DNA of 64,000 bases from Spirochaetales bacterium (GTDB taxonomy: Bacteria; Spirochaetota; Spirochaetia; JABEVK01), in contig JBAXAI010000010.1 in assembly GCA_037142615.1 (NCBI GenBank), forward strand, positions 1 through 64,000. Direction: 5' to 3'. The position numbers were made by a program, and so were the translations under genes. Shown here in pieces: positions 49,174 through 59,782 of this stretch (position 1 is the first letter of the stretch; each line of letters starts with the position of its first letter). The notes under the pieces were generated by a model. It was given only the letters and a program-made list of their open reading frames with translations. It did no database searches and was not told the DNA's origin.

Positions 49174-50151
49174 TCAGATGTTCCTTTTCTGCATCGTGGC
49201 GCGGATGCCCCGGCGTTTCACCAAGGCGTTGATAAGCACGGCGACCAGGATGATGGTGCCCTGAATGAAGGTTTGCCAAAAGGGCGACACGTTGACCAGT
49301 GGCAGCGCATTGTTGAGGATTCCCAGCAAGAGCGCACCGAGCAGAATGCCCGAGATGGTGCCGGTGCCCCCGGCGATGCTCACCCCGCCGAGCACGCAGG
49401 CCGCAATGACGCTGAGCTCAAAGCCCATGGCGGTGTCGCCCTGCGCCGAGGCGAACTTGCTCACCCAAAGCACGCCGGCGAGGCCCGAGAGCCCGCCCAT
49501 GATGGTGTACACCAACAGCAGAATCTTGTTGTTGTTGATGCCGCTCACCTGCGCCGAGTCGGGATTGCTGCCCACCGCGTAGATCTGCCGGCCGGTGCGG
49601 TTCCAGTTCACGAACCACCAACCGGCGATAAAAATGACCACGGCGATCCAAATCAAGGTGTTGATGCCCAAAAAACCGCTCGAGGCGATGGCCTTGAAGC
49701 TGGCCGGCATCTGGTTGGCGCTCACCCACTTGCCACCGCTGACCAAAAACGTGATACCGCGGAACACGTTCATCAGGCCCAAACTGGCGATGATGGGCAG
49801 CACCTTGCCCTTGCTGACCAGCCCGCCCACGGCCGCGCCGCACAGCAGGCCGATGGCGATGGCCAGGGCGATGGCCACCAGCGGGTGGGTGTCTTTCCAC
49901 GCCGAAACGGTTTGTGCGGCGATCATGCCGCTCAGGGCCAGCGTGGCGCCAATGCTCAGGTCGATGCCCCGCGTGATGATGACCAGCATCATGCCCAGCG
50001 CGAGGATGGCGAGGATGGCGGTGTTCTTGGTGAGGTCGGCGATGTTTTCGGCGGTCAAAAAGCTGGGGTTGAGGATTTGCACCAGCGCCGAGAGCGCGAC
50101 GATGAACAAAATGAGCCCGAGGTTGCGCGACGCGCGGCGTGTCTTATCCAT
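49174..50151 (-). CDS. rhaP: Rhamnose ABC transporter permease
   Basis: GIDLSIG, GFELSVIAACVLGGVSIAGG, VSPFWQ. Confidence 0.85.
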   Translation of the reverse strand: MDKTRRASRNLGLILFIVALSALVQILNPSFLTAENIADLTKNTAILAILALGMMLVIITRGIDLSIGATLALSGMIAAQTVSAWKDTHPLVAIALAIAIGLLCGAAVGGLVSKGKVLPIIASLGLMNVFRGITFLVSGGKWVSANQMPASFKAIASSGFLGINTLIWIAVVIFIAGWWFVNWNRTGRQIYAVGSNPDSAQVSGINNNKILLLVYTIMGGLSGLAGVLWVSKFASAQGDTAMGFELSVIAACVLGGVSIAGGTGTISGILLGALLLGILNNALPLVNVSPFWQTFIQGTIILVAVLINALVKRRGIRATMQKRNI

Positions 50152-51679
50152 TCTGGACTCCTGAAGCTGCGACGGTCGACGCCATGGCGGCTTCGAGAAT
50201 CTTTTCCTGGGTGGCCTCGGCCCGGTCGAGCACCGTGACCAGGCGGCCTTCGCGCATCACGGCAATGCGGTCGCTCATGCCCAGCACTTCGGGCATTTCG
50301 CTCGAGATCATGATGATGCCAAAGCCCTGACAGGCCAGCTCGCCCATGATTTCGTGGATGGCGGCCTTGGCCCCCACGTCGACGCCCTTGGTGGGTTCGT
50401 CGAGGATGATGACCTTGGGCTTGGTGCCCAGCAGCTTGGCCACGATGACCTTTTGCTGGTTTCCGCCCGACAGGGTGTTGGCCAGGGCCGAAATGCCGCC
50501 GGCTTTCACCTTCACCGATTCGGCCAGTTCCTTCACCAGATCGCCTTCCTTCACGTCGTCGAGCCACCACGTGCCCGAGAACTCGTCGATCATGGGCAGG
50601 CTGATGTTGTGGCCGATTTGCCAACTGAGCACCAGGCCCTGCTTCTGGCGGTCTTCGGGCAAGTAGCCGATGCCCAGGCGGATGGCGTCCCACGGGTGGC
50701 GGATGTTGACCAGCTTGCCGCGCACGCGGATCTCGCCGGTATCGGCGGGCAGAATGCCGAACAGGCTTTGGCACACTTCGCTGCGGCCTGCGCCGATGAG
50801 GCCCGTCAGGCCCAGAATCTCGCCCTGCGCCAGCGTGAAGCTGATGCCGCCGAACAGGCCGGTTTTGCCCAGGTTGTCGACGCGCAACAACTCGGCACCA
50901 ATATCGGCCTTTTTCTTCGGGAACAAATGCGTGATCTCGCGCCCAACCATGGCGATGATGAGGTCTTCGGTGGCGATTTCGGCTACGGGCCAGCTGCCGA
51001 TGTAGCGCGAGTCGCGGAACACGGTCACCTGGCTGGCCAGGCGTTCCATGTCTTCAAAGCGGTGGCTGATGAAGATGATCGACACGCCGCTGTCGCGCAG
51101 CTTTTCGGTAATGCGGTACAACTCCTCGCTCTCGCGCTTGGTGAGCGCGGCGGTGGGCTCATCCATGATGATGATGCGGGCCTTGGTCGAAAGGGCCTTG
51201 GCGATCTCGACGATCTGCTGCTGAGCCACCGACAACGTACCCATTTCGGTGTGCGGGTCGAGCGGGCTGCCGAGTTCCAGCAGCAGGGCCTTGGCCTCAG
51301 CGTGCATCTTTTTCCACTGGATGCTGCGCGACACCTTGCTGGTCGCCTCGTGGCCCATGAAGATGTTCTCGGTGACGCTCAGGTCGGGGTAGCAGGTAAC
51401 ATGCTGATAAATCGCGGCAATGCCCAGGCGCTGGGCTTCGCGCGGAGTGGCGATCTTGACCGGCTTGCCCTCCAGCAAAATCTCGCCCTCTTCGGGCTGG
51501 TACACGCCGGTGATGATCTTGATGAAGGTCGACTTGCCGGCGCCGTTTTCGCCCATCAGCGCGTGGATCTGGCCCGGACGCAGTTGAAAGTGCACGTCCT
51601 GCAGGGCGTGGACGCCCGGGAAGCTTTTGCGGATGCCTTTGAGCTCAAGCACGAACTCGGAGCGCGGAATCTCAGACAC
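50144..51679 (-). CDS. rhaT: Rhamnose ABC transporter ATP-binding protein
   Basis: GENGAGKST, dual ABC domains, [19 protein letters not shown]. Confidence 0.87.
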   Translation of the reverse strand: MSEIPRSEFVLELKGIRKSFPGVHALQDVHFQLRPGQIHALMGENGAGKSTFIKIITGVYQPEEGEILLEGKPVKIATPREAQRLGIAAIYQHVTCYPDLSVTENIFMGHEATSKVSRSIQWKKMHAEAKALLLELGSPLDPHTEMGTLSVAQQQIVEIAKALSTKARIIIMDEPTAALTKRESEELYRITEKLRDSGVSIIFISHRFEDMERLASQVTVFRDSRYIGSWPVAEIATEDLIIAMVGREITHLFPKKKADIGAELLRVDNLGKTGLFGGISFTLAQGEILGLTGLIGAGRSEVCQSLFGILPADTGEIRVRGKLVNIRHPWDAIRLGIGYLPEDRQKQGLVLSWQIGHNISLPMIDEFSGTWWLDDVKEGDLVKELAESVKVKAGGISALANTLSGGNQQKVIVAKLLGTKPKVIILDEPTKGVDVGAKAAIHEIMGELACQGFGIIMISSEMPEVLGMSDRIAVMREGRLVTVLDRAEATQEKILEAAMASTVAASGVQNG

Positions 51680-53096
51680 GGGTGAACCCCATTCCCAGCA
51701 ACTTGGCCAGTTTTTCGAGCTGGTCGGCGATGTGGCCGACACCGATGGCGGTGTGGTGCGCGGGGCCGGCGTTCGACCACGCGTTGATGAACCCCCGCGC
51801 TCCGAGTGCGAAACGATAGCGGCTGTTGGTGTTGCCAATCTGCAACGTGGGACCGGCGACCGATTCACCCTCGGCGCAGAGCAAGCTCACCACGCCGTGG
51901 CGGCCTTCGACCACCGACAGCAGGGTGACCGGGCCGTGTTTGACGCTCATTTGGATGGAAAGGCCTTTGCCGGGCTTGCCGTGATAAATGGGCAACGGCA
52001 CCAAGCCGACCGGGCCTTCGGCAATGGCGGCGTGAGCCGGACCGTCGTGGCCCCACAGCACCACGTCGTCGACAAAGTCGGCCAGGTAGAACTCGCTGAA
52101 CGAACCGCCAACGCCGAACAGGTCGAGGATTTTCATCGCGATCACGTTCTTCACCTCGCACTCGCCGGCGACGGGAACATGGTGTGCCGTGAGCAAGGTG
52201 TTGCCGGGAATCACCGAGGTGACGAGGTTCTCGCTGGTGTTGCCGGTAGTGCCTTCGTAGTAATAAGCCATGGCGTCAAGCCGATGGGTGGCCACCAGCT
52301 TGTCGAGCGCCACCGAGGTCTTGGCCGCGCGGTCGAGCTCGTAGTTGTCGCATTCGTTGGACACCGCGAACTCGCTGGCAAAGGCCTGGCGCTTGGTGGC
52401 GATGTCGCCCGTGCCGACCAGGGTCCACAGCGCCTGCAGCTGGTCGATTTCGAGCAGCTCGAAGTGGCAGCCGAACACGCTGGCCAAGTTGGTGACGTCG
52501 GTGTAGACGTCGAGCATGCCGCAGTAGTAGTGGCCCAAAATGCCCACGCGGGAATCGCGAAGGGCGGCGCGCACCTTCACGGCGGCGGTCCACTCAGCGA
52601 TTTGCCGCCAGGCGTAGGGTTCGTCGAGGTAGCCCGTGATCAGATGGAACTCGATGCCGGCGCGGCGGAACACGGCGGCGATCTCGGGGGCCGAGCAGGC
52701 TTGGCAGTGCGCCAGCCATTCGCCGGTCATCTTGCCGCGATCGCCCAGGGCGTTGAACTTGGCGTAGTCGAGTTGGGCCACCGGTTGCAGGTTCAGCACG
52801 ATCACCGGCACGCCGGCCTTCTGCACCACGGGGAGCACGGTGTGGCTCAGCGCGTAGGTGGAAATGAACAGGAAAATGACCTCGACGTTCTGTTTGCGGA
52901 ACTCGTCGCCGGCATCGCGGGCAACGTCGGGGGTGTCGATCAGCCCCAGGTCGCACACCTCGACGCCCAGCTTAACAAGACCGCTGGAGATCCGGGCCTG
53001 ATACCCGACCAACTTGTCTTTGAGCCCTTCAAACTGACTCCAATACGTGTCGAGGCCGATCCCAAAGAGTCCCACCCGCGTCAAACTTCGTTTCAT
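51672..53096 (-). CDS. L-fucose/L-arabinose isomerase family protein
   Basis: [16 protein letters not shown]-terminal [12 protein letters not shown]; substrate uncertain. Confidence 0.8.
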   Translation of the reverse strand: MKRSLTRVGLFGIGLDTYWSQFEGLKDKLVGYQARISSGLVKLGVEVCDLGLIDTPDVARDAGDEFRKQNVEVIFLFISTYALSHTVLPVVQKAGVPVIVLNLQPVAQLDYAKFNALGDRGKMTGEWLAHCQACSAPEIAAVFRRAGIEFHLITGYLDEPYAWRQIAEWTAAVKVRAALRDSRVGILGHYYCGMLDVYTDVTNLASVFGCHFELLEIDQLQALWTLVGTGDIATKRQAFASEFAVSNECDNYELDRAAKTSVALDKLVATHRLDAMAYYYEGTTGNTSENLVTSVIPGNTLLTAHHVPVAGECEVKNVIAMKILDLFGVGGSFSEFYLADFVDDVVLWGHDGPAHAAIAEGPVGLVPLPIYHGKPGKGLSIQMSVKHGPVTLLSVVEGRHGVVSLLCAEGESVAGPTLQIGNTNSRYRFALGARGFINAWSNAGPAHHTAIGVGHIADQLEKLAKLLGMGFTRV

Positions 53097-53106
53097 GCTG
53101 ACATCT

Positions 53107-53160
53107 TGGACCTGTTTTGGCGGGGCGTGAATGGACAAAACCCGGGCAAGTGATGGACAA
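53107..53160. promoter_or_regulatory. Direct repeats ATGGACAA (22-bp period), candidate AraC sites
   Basis: ATGGACAA at 53131 and 53153, TGGAC at 53107, between the divergent isomerase and araC genes. Confidence 0.5.
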
Positions 53161-53167
53161 TCGGCCC

Positions 53168-54058
53168 ATGTCGGACTGCGATTTCGCCTACCTGACCCAC
53201 AGCATCGAAGACGAAAACTGGCAAATGGTCTGTACCGACGCGGGTTGGAGCCGGATTCCCCCGGGTGGGGTTTACCCGCCGCGGCTGGACGACCATCCTG
53301 CGGGCTTCCGTCCCGTCTCGCTGGGGCGGCGCATCAATGAATACCAGATGGTGTACATCCTCGAAGGCCGTGGTCACCTCGAAATGGACGACATCGAGTA
53401 CCCGATCGAGGCGGGAACCCTGTTTCTGCTGTTCCCTGACATCCGGCATGCCTACCGGCCCGACCCGGCTACCGGCTGGACCGAGAACTGGGTGGGCATC
53501 ACCGGGCCGCACATGGACGACCTGCTCGAAGGCGGCATCATTTCGCCGTCGCGGCCGGTGTACCATCCGGGCTACCAGCACAACCTCGTCGAGGGGTTTC
53601 AGTACATTTTCGGCCAAGTGAAGCAGCAGGCGCCGCTGTATCAGTTTCGGGTGTGCGCCGAGGTGCTCAAACTGCTGGCCGAGACCCTGAGCCAGGAACG
53701 CCTGTCGGTGCAGCAGACCAAGGCCAACGAGATCGTGTCGCACGCCAAACGCTACATCGAGTCGAACATCCAGACGGTGTTTGATCTGGAAAGCCTGGCC
53801 GCCGAAGTCGGTTTGTCGCTGACGCACATCGCCGAGGTGTTCAAGGGCTACACAGGCATGACGCCCTACCAGTACGGCATCCACGTCAAGATCAACCGCG
53901 CGAAAGAGATCTTGGCCAGCGGTGAAAGCTCGGTCAAAGAAATCGCGTGGCAAGTTGGCTTCGAAGACCAGTTCTACTTTTCGCGCCTGTTCAAGAAGAA
54001 GACAGGCTATAGCCCCAGTCAGTGGATGTTGATGCAAACCCCGGGAGCGACTTCATGA
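53168..54058 (+). CDS. AraC family regulator
   Basis: Cupin GRRINEYQ...H.Y.PD..TGWTE.W; [26 protein letters not shown]. Confidence 0.92.
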   Translation: MSDCDFAYLTHSIEDENWQMVCTDAGWSRIPPGGVYPPRLDDHPAGFRPVSLGRRINEYQMVYILEGRGHLEMDDIEYPIEAGTLFLLFPDIRHAYRPDPATGWTENWVGITGPHMDDLLEGGIISPSRPVYHPGYQHNLVEGFQYIFGQVKQQAPLYQFRVCAEVLKLLAETLSQERLSVQQTKANEIVSHAKRYIESNIQTVFDLESLAAEVGLSLTHIAEVFKGYTGMTPYQYGIHVKINRAKEILASGESSVKEIAWQVGFEDQFYFSRLFKKKTGYSPSQWMLMQTPGATS

Positions 54059-54600
54059 GAGTTTTGCTTGAGCACGCGCAGGGCCTGCTGGTCGATGTGC
54101 AGGAACGCCTTTTGCCCGCGATGGACGATGCGCCGGGTCTGCTCGCGCGGACGGTTCGGCTGGTGAAGGGCCTGCAAATGTTCGGGGTGGGCATCACCGT
54201 GTCAGAGCAGTACCCCAAGGGCCTGGGCCCCACCGTGCCCGAACTCGCGGCCCTGTTAAGCGGCCCCAAGCTGGCCAAACGCAGCTTCAGTTGCTTCGAC
54301 GACGAAGGGTTGAAGGGGGCCTTGGCGGCGGCGGGTCGTCCAACGGTGATACTTTTTGGCATCGAGGCACACGTGTGCCTGCTGCAGACCGCGCTCGACC
54401 TGGCCGCCGCCGGGTACCACCCGGTGGTGATCGCCGATGCCGTGGCCAGCCGGCGCACCAGCGACCGCGACCTGGCCCTGGCCCGCCTTCGTGCCGAAGG
54501 CATCACGGTCACCAGCAGCGAGTCGCTTCTGTTCGAACTCTGCCGCACCGCCGACCACCCTCAGTTCAAAGCCCTTTCGAACCTCGTTAAGGCCCCCTAA
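54055..54600 (+). CDS. Isochorismatase-like hydrolase
   Basis: VDVQERL, EQYPKGLG.T, K.SFSC, GIEAHVC..QT. Confidence 0.92.
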   Translation: MRVLLEHAQGLLVDVQERLLPAMDDAPGLLARTVRLVKGLQMFGVGITVSEQYPKGLGPTVPELAALLSGPKLAKRSFSCFDDEGLKGALAAAGRPTVILFGIEAHVCLLQTALDLAAAGYHPVVIADAVASRRTSDRDLALARLRAEGITVTSSESLLFELCRTADHPQFKALSNLVKAP

Positions 54601-54716
54601 GCTACCGCAGCCCACGGGGCCCCGCTTCGGAGCCGGCAGGACCTCACTAGTCCTCGGCAGTAACCTGCGGGATCGTTCGGCCCTACCGGCTCCGGCGCCC
54701 CATGGACCGCGGTAGC
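54601..54716. repeat. 116-bp long imperfect palindrome (REP/MITE-like) between convergent genes
   Basis: GCTACCGC...GCGGTAGC ends; inner arms GGAGCCGG/CCGGCTCC and GGGGC/GCCCC. Confidence 0.65.
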
Positions 54717-56231
54717 CTACAGTTTGTACAGTTCGCCGTACTTCGTCTTGAGGTAACTGATGTAGGGCCCAATCGTCATCGGCGCTCCGGTGGCTCGCTG
54801 CACGAGTTCGGCTGCCGTGAACTTGCGACCGTGGCGGTACAGGTTGTCGCCCAGCCAGCCTTTGAGTCCGGCAAACTCGCCGGTTTTCAGCTGAGCCGGG
54901 ATGCCCGGCTGGGCCTTCACGGCCGCATTGTAAAACTGAGCGCTGAGGATGTTGCCCAGCGTGTAGCCTTGGAACGCGCCGCCAATGGCCCCAAAAAACC
55001 AATGCACGTCCTGCAGGCAGCCGTTGCCCACATTGGGCACCTTCAGCCCAAAGTCGCTTTCAAAGCGGGCGTTCCAGGCCTCGGGCAGGTCGGCAATTTG
55101 GAGCTTGCCTTCGAGCATTTGCAGTTCGAGGTCGAAGCGGAGCATGACGTGCAGGTTGTAGGTCACCTCGTCGGCGTCGGTGCGGATGAGCGAGCGGCTC
55201 ACCTTGTTGATGCCCCGGTAGAAGAGCTCCAGGTCGACCTTGCCCAGTTGGGTGGGGAACACAGCCTGCAACTTCGGGTAGAAGTGCTCCCAGAACCCAC
55301 GGCTGCGGCCCACCAGGTTTTCCCAGGTGCGCGACTGGCTTTCGTGAACGCCCGACGAGGTGCCACCGGCCAGCGGGGTGCCTTCGTAGCCCCGGTCAAT
55401 CCCCTGCTCGTACATGGCGTGGCCTGCCTCGTGAATGTTGCTGAACAGCGCCTCGCCGAGGTAGGTCTCGCTGACGCGGGTGGTGATGCGCACGTCCCCC
55501 AACGAGAACTTGGTCATAAACGGGTGGTGGGTCTTGTCGATGCGACCCCGCGAAAAGTCGTAGCCGAGCTCGCGGACCACAGCCTCGCCAAACTTCAGCT
55601 GGTCGGCCTCGGGGTAGTGCAGCCGCAGGAACGAGTCGTCGGCCTCGGGCTGCGACGTGATGGCCTTGACGAGGGGCACCAACTGGGAGCGCAACTCGGC
55701 GAACAGCGTCTTCACGCTCGAGGCCTTCATGCCGTAGTCGGAAAAGTCGATGAGCGGGTCGGCAATGTGCTCGTACCCGGGGAAGAAGTCTGCGAGCCGG
55801 CGGCTGAGGTCCAGGGTCTTCTCGAGGATGGGCGTCATGCGGGCAAAGTCGTTGGCGGGGCGCGCCTCGGCCCAGGCCATGTAGCTCAAGGAGCCGTGCT
55901 CGTTGATTTCGGACAGGAACGCCGGGGGAATGCGGGTGGCCTGTTCGTAGTCACGGCGGGTGACGCGGATCAGGCTGGCGTCATCGTGCTCGAACGGCAG
56001 GCCCTCTTCGTAGGGGCGCAGCTTGTCGAGCAGGCGCCCCACTTCGACGTCGATGAGCCTTTCCTGCGCGATGCGGGCCAAGGTGGCCATCTGGCGGCCC
56101 CGGGCTTCGGCGCCCCCGGCGGGCATGTAGGTGGATTGGTCCCACCCAAGCACGGCACCGGCCATGTTGAGGTCGTTCACTTCCGCGAGGCGGAGTTTGA
56201 GGTTTGCAAGGAGTTTTTCGGTGTTTGCCAT
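54717..56231 (-). CDS. Carboxypeptidase Taq family (M32)
   Basis: LGWDQ.TYMP, HPF, DVRITTR, HEAGH, HESQS, IRTDADE, GCLQDVHW. Confidence 0.95.
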   Translation of the reverse strand: MANTEKLLANLKLRLAEVNDLNMAGAVLGWDQSTYMPAGGAEARGRQMATLARIAQERLIDVEVGRLLDKLRPYEEGLPFEHDDASLIRVTRRDYEQATRIPPAFLSEINEHGSLSYMAWAEARPANDFARMTPILEKTLDLSRRLADFFPGYEHIADPLIDFSDYGMKASSVKTLFAELRSQLVPLVKAITSQPEADDSFLRLHYPEADQLKFGEAVVRELGYDFSRGRIDKTHHPFMTKFSLGDVRITTRVSETYLGEALFSNIHEAGHAMYEQGIDRGYEGTPLAGGTSSGVHESQSRTWENLVGRSRGFWEHFYPKLQAVFPTQLGKVDLELFYRGINKVSRSLIRTDADEVTYNLHVMLRFDLELQMLEGKLQIADLPEAWNARFESDFGLKVPNVGNGCLQDVHWFFGAIGGAFQGYTLGNILSAQFYNAAVKAQPGIPAQLKTGEFAGLKGWLGDNLYRHGRKFTAAELVQRATGAPMTIGPYISYLKTKYGELYKL

Positions 56232-56290
56232 TCGCCAAGCTTCGAACGCCGCGATGGCGGTGTCAAGCGGGCCAGACCAACCAGCAGGGC

Positions 56291-57166
56291 TTAGCGCCCC
56301 CAGCGCGAGGGGGGAGTGCCGGTCTTCTTTTTGAACAGGCGCGAAAAGTGGAACTCACTTTCGAACCCGAGGTGGAACGCCGTCTCTTTGACCGACTTGC
56401 CCGACACCAGCCAGCCTTTTCCGTGATTGATCTTCAGATTGAGCCAATACTGATGCGGCGTCTGCCCGGTGTACTGGCGAAACAACGACGTGAAGGCCAC
56501 GTACGACAGACCCAGCTTGCGCGCCAAGTCGGCCAAGTCAACGTCGTGGTCGGTGAGGTGCTCTTCGAACACCAGCTTGGCCTTGCCGACGATTTCCGAG
56601 GTGCCATCGGGGATGTTCTGTGCGCGGCGGGCGGCAACCAACCGCGAAAGCAGCAGCACGACCCGGCTGGCAGCGACCAACCGGTAGCCGGGCGGTTCGG
56701 CCGCCACCTCGTCGAGCAACTGTCGGAAGTCATTGACAGCCGAAGGGTCAAAAGCGCCGGGGTAAACCGGGTCGTCGGGCGAAAAAAAGCCCTTCTTGAC
56801 CAGCAAGTCGGGCAAGACGCCGCGAAACCCGACCCAGTACTCGGTCCAGCCCGTGGCCGGGTCGGGCGCATAGGTGTGCGTCACCCCGGGAAACAGCAGG
56901 AACGCCGTGCCCGCCTGCACCGGGTACACTTTTTTGCCCACGGTGAGCGAGCCTTGGCCTTCGCTGATGCACAGCAACTGGTACTCTGACAGGGTGCGGC
57001 CCTCGCGCAAGGTTTCGGCGTAGCCGGGCGGATGTTCGCCCAACACCGGGTACGGCGCCCCGGGAGCCACCGCCACGTGGCCCACATCGACGCAGCCAAT
57101 CTGCCAGCCGTCGTCGGTCTCGCTCGAGGTCAGGTAACGGATGAGTTTTGCGCCGCTTTTGGCCAT
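56291..57166 (-). CDS. AraC family regulator (paralog of 53168..54058), divergent from rhaB
   Basis: GRTLSEYQ...[13 protein letters not shown]; [26 protein letters not shown]. Confidence 0.9.
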   Translation of the reverse strand: MAKSGAKLIRYLTSSETDDGWQIGCVDVGHVAVAPGAPYPVLGEHPPGYAETLREGRTLSEYQLLCISEGQGSLTVGKKVYPVQAGTAFLLFPGVTHTYAPDPATGWTEYWVGFRGVLPDLLVKKGFFSPDDPVYPGAFDPSAVNDFRQLLDEVAAEPPGYRLVAASRVVLLLSRLVAARRAQNIPDGTSEIVGKAKLVFEEHLTDHDVDLADLARKLGLSYVAFTSLFRQYTGQTPHQYWLNLKINHGKGWLVSGKSVKETAFHLGFESEFHFSRLFKKKTGTPPSRWGR

Positions 57167-57253
57167 GGCGAACCATAACATGCATGACACCGGGGACGAA
57201 AGTGCATGGCGTTTTCGTGACAGTTGTGGTGAAATGAGCACAGAGGTGAACCC

Positions 57254-58756
57254 ATGTCGAAAGATTCCACCCTTCTGGCCGTCGATTTGGGCGCCGGCAG
57301 CGGCCGCGTTCTTGCCGGACGTTTGCGTCAGGCTCCGAGCGGCAACCTGCTCGAAGTGCGCGAGGTGCATCGTTTCGAGTACCCGCTCAAGACGGTGGCG
57401 GGCCTGCTGCGCTGGGATTCGAACCTCATCGAGGCCGAAATCCGCAAAGGGGTGGCCCTCGTGGATGCCGACCAAAAGGTCGCCAGTTTGGGCATCGATT
57501 CGTGGGCAGTCGACTTTGTGCTCGTCGACGACGCCGGCCATCTGCTCGAACTCCCCCGCGCCTACCGCAACGAACACACGCGTGAGCAGGTGCCCGTGGT
57601 GCATCAGCTGCTGGGGGAGAGAGCGCTCTACCAGCGCTCGGGCATCCAGACACTGCACTTCAACACGATCTACCAGTTGGCGGCGTGGAAGGCGGCGAAT
57701 CCCGAATCGCTGACCCGGGCCCGGCGCTTTGCCATGATGCCCGACTGGCTGATCCACCGGTTGGGGGCCCCGCTGACAAACGAGACGACCAACGCGAGCA
57801 CCACCCAACTGCTCGACGCCCGCACGCGCGATTGGGACGACGCCAGCCTGAAGGCCCTCGGGCTGCCGCGCGACTGGTTTTCGGCCCCGGTGGCGCCTGG
57901 CACGGTGCTCGCCCCGCAGGTGTCGCTGGGCCACCACGCCTGCGCGCTCATCGCGCCCGCCACCCACGACACCGGCTCGGCCGTGGCGGCCATCCCTCTG
58001 GCCGACGAGAAGGCCGCCTACATCGCCACCGGCACCTGGTGCCTCATCGGCATCGAGTCGAAGGTCCCCGAAACCGGAGCGGCGGCCCAAGCCGCCAACT
58101 TCACCAACGAGGCAGGGGTCGACGGCACCTACCGTTTTTTGAAAAACTGCATGGGTCTGTGGCTGCTGCAACAGCTCAAAGCGACCTGGCCGGGCTGCCC
58201 CGACTTTGGTCCGCTGGTGGCCGCTGCCGCCGACGCCCCCCCGTTCGCCGCGTTGGTCGACGCCGACGACGCCGCGTTCTTTCAGCCCGCTTCGATGAAA
58301 GAGGAGCTGGAAGGTTGGTTTGCCCGCTCGCAGCAGAAAGCGCCCCCCGCCACGCCGGGAGCGTACGCCCGCGCCTGCATCGAGGGTCTGGTGCTGGCCT
58401 TTTGCAAAACGCTGGCCGAGATCGAGGCCATCCGCGGGCTCAGGCTTGAGCGGATTCACCTGGTGGGTGGCGGCTGCCGCAACACCCTTTTGTGCCAGTT
58501 GACGGCCGACGCCACGGGTTTGCCGGTGCTGGCTGGCCCGGTGGAAGGCAGCGCACTGGGCAACCTCATCGTGCAGGCGCGCTCGCTGGGGCTGGTCGCC
58601 AACCATCGGGAGGGCCGTGCGCTCGTCGACCGCTCCTTCCCCGTCACCGCCTACACGCCCCAGGCCGACCGGACCCCTTGGCTCAAAGCGGGGCAACAAC
58701 TCGAGGATCTGAAAAAGCTCGCTGCCCAAGCGAGCGAAGGAGTAAGTCATGCGTAG
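57254..58756 (+). CDS. rhaB: Rhamnulokinase
   Basis: LAVDLGAGSGR, GIDSWAVD, FNTIYQL, HDTGSAV, FTNE.G, LKNCMGLW, GPVEGSALGN. Confidence 0.92.
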   Translation: MSKDSTLLAVDLGAGSGRVLAGRLRQAPSGNLLEVREVHRFEYPLKTVAGLLRWDSNLIEAEIRKGVALVDADQKVASLGIDSWAVDFVLVDDAGHLLELPRAYRNEHTREQVPVVHQLLGERALYQRSGIQTLHFNTIYQLAAWKAANPESLTRARRFAMMPDWLIHRLGAPLTNETTNASTTQLLDARTRDWDDASLKALGLPRDWFSAPVAPGTVLAPQVSLGHHACALIAPATHDTGSAVAAIPLADEKAAYIATGTWCLIGIESKVPETGAAAQAANFTNEAGVDGTYRFLKNCMGLWLLQQLKATWPGCPDFGPLVAAAADAPPFAALVDADDAAFFQPASMKEELEGWFARSQQKAPPATPGAYARACIEGLVLAFCKTLAEIEAIRGLRLERIHLVGGGCRNTLLCQLTADATGLPVLAGPVEGSALGNLIVQARSLGLVANHREGRALVDRSFPVTAYTPQADRTPWLKAGQQLEDLKKLAAQASEGVSHA

Positions 58757-59063
58757 AGCTGCATTTGTGATGTATCTGAAGCCGGGCTGCGAGGCCGAGT
58801 ACAAAAAGCGCCACGACGAAATCTGGCCCGAACTGATCCGGGAACTCGAAGACGCCGGGGTGAGCGACTATTCCATCTACCTCGAGCCCAAGACCAATAT
58901 ACTGTTCGCCTTCCAAAAGGTGAAAGACCACGATAGCAGCGGCAACCTGGCCAACACGGCCATCGTCAAAAAGTGGTGGGCCTACATGGGCGACCTGATG
59001 GCCACCAACCCCGACAACTCGCCGGTCGTCACAGACCTGCGGGAAGTCTTCCACATGGATTAG
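58749..59063 (+). CDS. rhaM: L-rhamnose mutarotase
   Basis: EYKKRHDEIWPE, DYSIY, KWWAYM.D.M.TNPDNSP...LREVFH. Confidence 0.95.
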   Translation: MRRAAFVMYLKPGCEAEYKKRHDEIWPELIRELEDAGVSDYSIYLEPKTNILFAFQKVKDHDSSGNLANTAIVKKWWAYMGDLMATNPDNSPVVTDLREVFHMD

Positions 59064-59269
59064 CCCGTCGCCGAGAGGCTACTGCGGCCGATTTCCACTT
59101 CGCGTCATCCTCCCTCAAATCCTCACGTATCCACGATACGCTTCGGTTTTCGGATCGGCGTGCCGCTCGCGGAAACGGGTCCTCGCTACGCCTCTCGGCG
59201 GCGGGCTCCCGCCGCCGAGAGGCTACTGCGGCCCATTTCCACTTCGCGTCATCCTCCCTCAAATCCTCA
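59062..59269. repeat. 146-bp element with 18-bp terminal inverted repeats, followed by a truncated second copy
   Basis: AGCCCGTCGCCGAGAGGC (59062) / GCCTCTCGGCGGCGGGCT (59207); about 62 bp of the left arm repeated at 59208-59269 with about 2 mismatches. Confidence 0.85.
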
Positions 59270-59530
59270 GGTAGTCGTTTCCCGCGTTAGGCCCACAGGG
59301 TTCCCGACGACCGGGTGCCCCAACAGGATGCCCTCGATGGAAAGGTCTTCGTCGAGAGCTTCCCAATGGAGACCGTGCCCGCCACCAATCAACTCCACCT
59401 GCAGGAGTTCGTCGCGGGTTGCATGCGCCAGTCGCGGCGAGTAGGCCAATGGAGTGCCCAGCTGGCGGCCATCTTCAAGCAAAATCCAGAAGTTGTCGGC
59501 GTCAAACCAGACCTTCGCAAGTGATTCGCG
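59267..59530 (-). pseudogene. DUF2442 family protein with start lost
   Basis: AKVWFDADNFWILLEDGRQLGTPLAYSPRLAHAT...GLHWEALDEDLSIEG; in-frame TGA supplied by the adjacent repeat at 59531-59533. Confidence 0.7.
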
Positions 59531-59595
59531 TCAGGCGGACGAAGGGTAAGGCTCAAGCGAAGCCCGGAGGAGGCCGCCCGCGAAGCGGGGACGCC
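59527..59595. repeat. Structured intergenic repeat element (CGCGTCAG...CGGGGACGCC), copy 2
   Basis: Same ends as 23184-23305, with a shorter CCCGC-GAA-GCGGG hairpin. Confidence 0.6.
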
Positions 59596-59698
59596 AAGAT
59601 TTTTCGAAGACTTCTGAAGCAAACCGCGTGAGGTTCGCCGGTTTCCCGGGAGGCGACGCGTACCGAGTTCCTGCAGTATTATTCGAAGGGGGTACACC

Positions 59699-59782
59699 AT
59701 GAGGGATGAGTACGACTTTACCAACGCCGAACGTGGTCGGTTCTTCCGCGAAGCCGCGATGCTGGCGTCTGTCGTCAACTAG
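59699..59782 (+). pseudogene. N-terminal fragment of a BrnA-like antitoxin
   Basis: MRDEYDFTNAERGRFFREAAMLASVVN*, purine-rich SD AAGGGGG; EYDF...RG.F is the typical start of this family. Confidence 0.6.

Noticed and set aside
56291-58804. 837-aa AraC fusion suggested by the ORF track
   Set aside because: The upstream part is antisense to rhaB; the real start is the ATG at 57166, behind an extended -10.
59062-59273. CRISPR array
   Set aside because: Only two copies of about 62 bp; the intervening sequence is the complementary arm of the element rather than a unique spacer, and there are no cas genes.
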